Of a DNA stretch of 12,100 bases, positions 8,543-12,100 are shown in pieces (position 1 is the stretch's first letter; every line of letters begins with the position of its first letter). A program made the position numbers and the translations under genes. A model generated the notes under the pieces. It did not search any database, was not told the DNA's origin, and saw only the letters and a program-made list of their open reading frames with translations. Source of the DNA: Fibrobacterota bacterium (GTDB taxonomy: Bacteria; Fibrobacterota; Fibrobacteria; UBA11236); contig JAYUVP010000035.1 of NCBI GenBank assembly GCA_043753995.1, positions 1-12,100 on the forward strand, given 5' to 3'.

Positions 8543-8969
8543 GATCGAGACAAAAACCGGATGGCAAGTTATGCTATCTGGCATGCCCAATGAAGTGAAT
8601 TCCAATCCCGGTCCTTTTTCCCAAACACCAACCCCGGAAGAGGCCCAATCCGAGAAAACCCTTCTCGTACCCGTCCTCCTCGCCTTTTTCTTCGGGCCCC
8701 TGGGTTTTCACCGCATTCTAGTTGGCCGTTGGAAATCCGGCCTTTTCATGATGGGTCTCACCCTCTTGGCACTTTCCGCTTATGGCATGGAAGCGCCTTT
8801 GGTCCAGCGCATTCAGGCAGGCGAACGCCCCGAATCCATACCCGGCGATCTCGCCATGGGGACTCTGGTGCTTCTGATCACGACGGTGTGGGCGTCCGTG
8901 GATGGCTTGCGTTTGGCCCTTGGCCGTTTTCGCGACGCCGCCGAATTACGCATGAGAAAGTGGACCTAA
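8535..8969 (+). CDS. TM2 domain-containing membrane protein
   Basis: KTLLVPVLLAFFFGPLGFHRILVGRWKSGL matches the TM2 pattern (LLxxFxGxxGxHRFYxG); a further TM ends W..VD...L..G.FRD. Start uncertain (TTG 8535, ATG 8571 or ATG 8583). Confidence 0.8.
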   Translation: MSEIETKTGWQVMLSGMPNEVNSNPGPFSQTPTPEEAQSEKTLLVPVLLAFFFGPLGFHRILVGRWKSGLFMMGLTLLALSAYGMEAPLVQRIQAGERPESIPGDLAMGTLVLLITTVWASVDGLRLALGRFRDAAELRMRKWT

Positions 8970-9568
8970 GGAAATACCCCTCGAATATCTAGCCCTATGC
9001 GCACGGTATCCTCGGTGGGGAAAAACAAAAGGGACGGCCGTTTCACTTTGTAGTCGGTCAGGCTGATGGGGAACCCTCCCTGAAGATGCACTTGCCCCGG
9101 GGTATAAGTCGGCTTTACTAAAAAGGAAATGGGGCGAGTCACGCCATGAAAGGCGAGATTGCCGTCCACTCGCCACAGGCCACCTTCATTACGAACGGGG
9201 TGCCCGCTAAACCGTACCAGGGGATGGCGGAGGCTTTCCACCACTTCAAGCATATGCGAGTCGCGATTATCATTGCCGCTTTCGAAGCTGGACAAGGGAG
9301 CCGAGCAGTCAATGACTCCCGCCGAGGTATCTTGCGAGAGACGTACCTTGCAGGTGACATCTTTGCTTTCGCCATGAATCAAATGCATGGGATGCTTCAG
9401 GGTATAGGACAGTTTAGAATCCGACGAGGCGAGGTATTCCTTTTCTCCGTTTTGGGCAGACGAGGGAAAGACCATCAGCAAAACTGCTAGGGCGACCATG
9501 GCTATTCCATCGCAAGCTTTGAATGCCAGAACCTTAAGTACGACGAGCGGTTCCATGTGGCGCCTCAA
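8966..9568 (-). CDS. YceI-family periplasmic lipid/polyisoprenoid-binding protein
   Basis: SFESGNDNRDSHM, GNLAFHGVTRPI, FPISLTDYKVKRP; signal peptide ending PSSA. Start uncertain (TTG 9568, ATG 9556 or ATG 9499). Confidence 0.88.
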   Translation of the reverse strand: MRRHMEPLVVLKVLAFKACDGIAMVALAVLLMVFPSSAQNGEKEYLASSDSKLSYTLKHPMHLIHGESKDVTCKVRLSQDTSAGVIDCSAPLSSFESGNDNRDSHMLEVVESLRHPLVRFSGHPVRNEGGLWRVDGNLAFHGVTRPISFLVKPTYTPGQVHLQGGFPISLTDYKVKRPSLLFFPTEDTVRIGLDIRGVFP

Positions 9569-10266
9569 AAGGTCATGACGAGCATGGCCGCGCCGAATGT
9601 CGCCGTGGTGATATAGCCACCCACTTGATGAATGGTTTGGACGGTATGGCTGTCGTCCGCGAGGGTCCCTAAAATGGGCATCATGATCATGCCGTAGAAA
9701 TGCACGTTGGCTAAAAGCTTATGCGTGGAAAGCGTGCTCCAACCTTCGCGGCGTACCAAGGGGGGAGGAGTGATTAAGGACAAAGCCGCCGAGGAAAAAT
9801 AAAGGCCCACCGTGCTCCAGGCGGCAAGGCCTTTCGCGTCTTCCAAGTCATGATTGCCATTGATATAGAGCTGGCCGAGAACCGCCGTCGTCACCATGCT
9901 AACAAAGGTCACATAGCCACCGACTTGATGCAGATTCAAAAGAGTTCGCCGCAAGCCCAATTCCTTTTCTCGACCCTCCACCGTGAGTGGATAATCGAAG
10001 GCCTTGCGCATCAGTCCGCTTTCGCTCCAAAACATTTTCTCCAAAGGGCTGAGGCGATTAGGCAATAAGGCCTGGGTATTGCTGCTCCGGAGGGAAGACG
10101 AATCGGCTGCCGGGGTAGTTGCAGGCGCGGATGTAGGGGTGCTGGATGGCAGAGTTTCAGCATGGCCCGTGGTGGCCCATGTGAAGCTGAGGAGGCCGAT
10201 TAGGACCCCTGTGCGAGCCACGAATTTTTGGGTGGACTTTGAAAAGGTTTTCATGCCAAAAAACAT
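9565..10266 (-). CDS. Uncharacterised membrane protein: signal peptide, S/T/P/A linker and four His-bearing TM helices (putative cytochrome b561-like)
   Basis: 233 aa ORF with SD AGGGAG upstream of ATG 10266; four hydrophobic helices in the C-terminal half; His113, 139, 182, 189, 207 and 213; duplicated HQVGGYxT. The CDS is well supported; the function is inference. Confidence 0.7.
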   Translation of the reverse strand: MFFGMKTFSKSTQKFVARTGVLIGLLSFTWATTGHAETLPSSTPTSAPATTPAADSSSLRSSNTQALLPNRLSPLEKMFWSESGLMRKAFDYPLTVEGREKELGLRRTLLNLHQVGGYVTFVSMVTTAVLGQLYINGNHDLEDAKGLAAWSTVGLYFSSAALSLITPPPLVRREGWSTLSTHKLLANVHFYGMIMMPILGTLADDSHTVQTIHQVGGYITTATFGAAMLVMTF

Positions 10267-10393
10267 GCTAATTCTCCCTGGCGAGCGGGGGGCTCGAAAA
10301 GGACAAGTTTAATAGCTCCTATAATTTTACGCTCATAGTTTCGCCTAGCTTATTGACAAAGCCACACTCAGGTTCATTCGCTATTCTTTAACC

Positions 10394-11761
10394 ATGAGTA
10401 TGCCTCGCCTTTCCTTTCTCGGGGCCACTGGCACCGTCACCGGCTCTCGTTATTTGGTCGAGCGTGGCACCCAGCGCCTCCTCGTCGACTGCGGGCTTTT
10501 TCAAGGCCTGAAGGCATTGCGATTACGCAACTGGAGCGAATTTCCGGTGGCGCCCGCAAAAATCCAACATGTTTTGCTAACCCACGCTCATCTCGACCAT
10601 AGCGGTTATTTGCCGAAGCTCCTGCGAGAAGGTTTCACGGGGTCGATTCATGCCTCGGCAGCGACACGTGATCTTTGCGACATATTACTTCGCGATAGCG
10701 CCTCGATTCAGGAGGAAGAAGCCGCCCATGCCAACCATGGTGGCTGGTCTAAGCACAAGCCGTCCATGCCGCTTTACACGATTGAGGACGCCGCAGCCGT
10801 ATTGCATCGTTTCAAAGCCGCGCGGTGGCATGAGGCCATCAAACTCGACAAGGGAACCCATGCCACCTTTCGTCGCGCCGGACACATCCTTGGAGCCGCC
10901 AGCGTGCATCTCGACCTTGGCGGAACCTCGATATTATTTTCCGGGGACTTGGGTAGAAACCAGGATGTCTTGCTGCCCGATCCCGAGCCGCCCATGGCGG
11001 CAGATTATGTGCTGATAGAGTCGACCTATGGCAATCGCCTTCATGAGAATATCGATCCTGAGGCGCAATTGCATGACTTGCTGCAAAAAGCCTGGCAACG
11101 CGGCGGCAGTGTACTCATTCCTGCTTTCGCGGTAGGCCGGGTGCAAACCCTTTTATGGCATTTGCGGCGCCTACGCGATCGCGGACTATTGCCCCCATAT
11201 CCAATATGGGTGGATAGCCCTATGGCTTCGCGGGTGAGCGGACTTTATGAATCGCATTGCGACGATCATTTGCTTCCCCAGGAAGAATGCCGTCGCGTTT
11301 TCGACATTGCGAAAATCACGGAAACCCATCAGGATTCCATGGCCTTGCAAGCCTCGCAGGAGAAGCGCATCGTCATTTCGGCCTCGGGCATGGCGACCGG
11401 TGGCCGCGTGCTTTTCCATTTAGCCAATATGCTAGGCGATGCGCGCAATCTCATTCTCTTTTCGGGCTTTCAAGCGGCCGGAACGCGCGGCGCCGATCTC
11501 ATTGCTGGGCTTCCCCAATTGAAGCTGCATGGCCGCTATCACGATGTCAAAGCCGAAGTCGTCGAATTGAAAAGCTATTCGGCACATGCCGATCAAAAGG
11601 GTCTTCTCTCCTGGCTCGGATCCATGCCCAAGCCACCCAAAAAGGTTTTTCTCGTGCATGGCGAACCTCAAGCTTCAGATGCTTTGCGGCGCCGCATTCT
11701 CGACACTCTAGGATGGCCGGTGCATTTACCCGAATATATGGAAAGCGTCGAGCTTACTTAA
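10394..11761 (+). CDS. Metallo-beta-lactamase-fold beta-CASP ribonuclease (YSH1/TTHA0252-like)
   Basis: FLGATGTVTGS, LVDCGLFQG, LTHAHLDHSG (HxHxDH), AGHILGA, FSGDLG, ESTYG, IPAFAVGR, SASGMATGGR, YSAHAD and VHGE. Confidence 0.95.
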   Translation: MSMPRLSFLGATGTVTGSRYLVERGTQRLLVDCGLFQGLKALRLRNWSEFPVAPAKIQHVLLTHAHLDHSGYLPKLLREGFTGSIHASAATRDLCDILLRDSASIQEEEAAHANHGGWSKHKPSMPLYTIEDAAAVLHRFKAARWHEAIKLDKGTHATFRRAGHILGAASVHLDLGGTSILFSGDLGRNQDVLLPDPEPPMAADYVLIESTYGNRLHENIDPEAQLHDLLQKAWQRGGSVLIPAFAVGRVQTLLWHLRRLRDRGLLPPYPIWVDSPMASRVSGLYESHCDDHLLPQEECRRVFDIAKITETHQDSMALQASQEKRIVISASGMATGGRVLFHLANMLGDARNLILFSGFQAAGTRGADLIAGLPQLKLHGRYHDVKAEVVELKSYSAHADQKGLLSWLGSMPKPPKKVFLVHGEPQASDALRRRILDTLGWPVHLPEYMESVELT

Positions 11762-11777
11762 AGCGCGGGCAGACGGT

Positions 11778-12100
11778 TTAGAATCCTTCGAGGCCGCGAA
11801 AACCAGCTTCCGCATCGGGCAGGCATTTCACGATTTTTTCATCGGCCTGGCTACGTAAATCAAGTATCGAGATTTGCTTGATGGGCAAGGCTTGGCCATT
11901 CGCTTCCTTGAGCACGGCGACGACGGGACGGTGAAAATCGTCAAGATTCGAAGCGATGACGCGACCAATGCGGCCACTTTGCAATTGCACCCCCGTCCCC
12001 ACCGGATAGGCAGAAATCCAACCGGCTAAATAGCGGATATAGGCCGAGTCTAAAAATTGCATTTGCCCCATTTTCACCACGCGATCCAAGGCTTCTTGGG
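11778..12100 (-). CDS. C-terminal part of a probable HD-GYP domain protein (5' end outside window)
   Basis: Frame is open to the window edge: QEALDRVVKMGQMQFLDSAYIRYLAGWISAYPVGTGVQLQSGRIGRVIASN...RPVV, the typical post-HD-GYP 'YPvG..V.L..G..g.V.....RP.V' extension. Catalytic motifs are not in the window. Confidence 0.7.
   Translation of the reverse strand, partial: QEALDRVVKMGQMQFLDSAYIRYLAGWISAYPVGTGVQLQSGRIGRVIASNLDDFHRPVVAVLKEANGQALPIKQISILDLRSQADEKIVKCLPDAEAGFRGLEGF

Noticed and set aside
10282..10296. Hairpin CGAGC-GGGGG-GCTCG
   Set aside because: Only 5 bp, with no downstream U-tract on either strand, and located in a divergent promoter region; not callable as a terminator or riboswitch.
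10394..11761. MBL-fold gene as an antibiotic-resistance or anti-phage defence gene
   Set aside because: It has the complete beta-CASP RNA-processing motif set, no signal peptide, and no defence or mobile-element neighbours.
1..12100. CRISPR arrays, tRNA/rRNA, IS elements, recoding or frameshifted pseudogenes
   Set aside because: Intergenic gaps are all under about 170 bp with no periodic repeats seen; no transposase or integrase motifs; all complete genes are of normal family length.

Overview
Gene-dense bacterial chromosomal segment with 13 CDS and no RNA genes, CRISPR arrays or mobile elements that I can support. In order: 5'-truncated cupin (+); methionine aminopeptidase (-) overlapping a TMEM175-family K+ channel (-); secreted Ig-GH9 glycoside hydrolase with a strongly basic C-terminal tail (-); a divergent TolC / MacA-like adaptor / ABC ATPase / MacB-FtsX-type permease operon with an overlapping TM2-domain gene (+); a YceI-family protein coupled to an uncharacterised His-rich four-helix membrane protein (-); a beta-CASP metallo-beta-lactamase-fold ribonuclease (+); and the 3' end of a probable HD-GYP protein (-). 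The best candidate for an undescribed system is the YceI plus putative cytochrome b561-like pair (8966-10266), whose membrane protein carries an internal HQVGGYxT repeat visible in the DNA. The GH9 tail suggests Fibrobacterota or another FCB-group organism (inference only). All family calls come from motif recognition; no searches were run.
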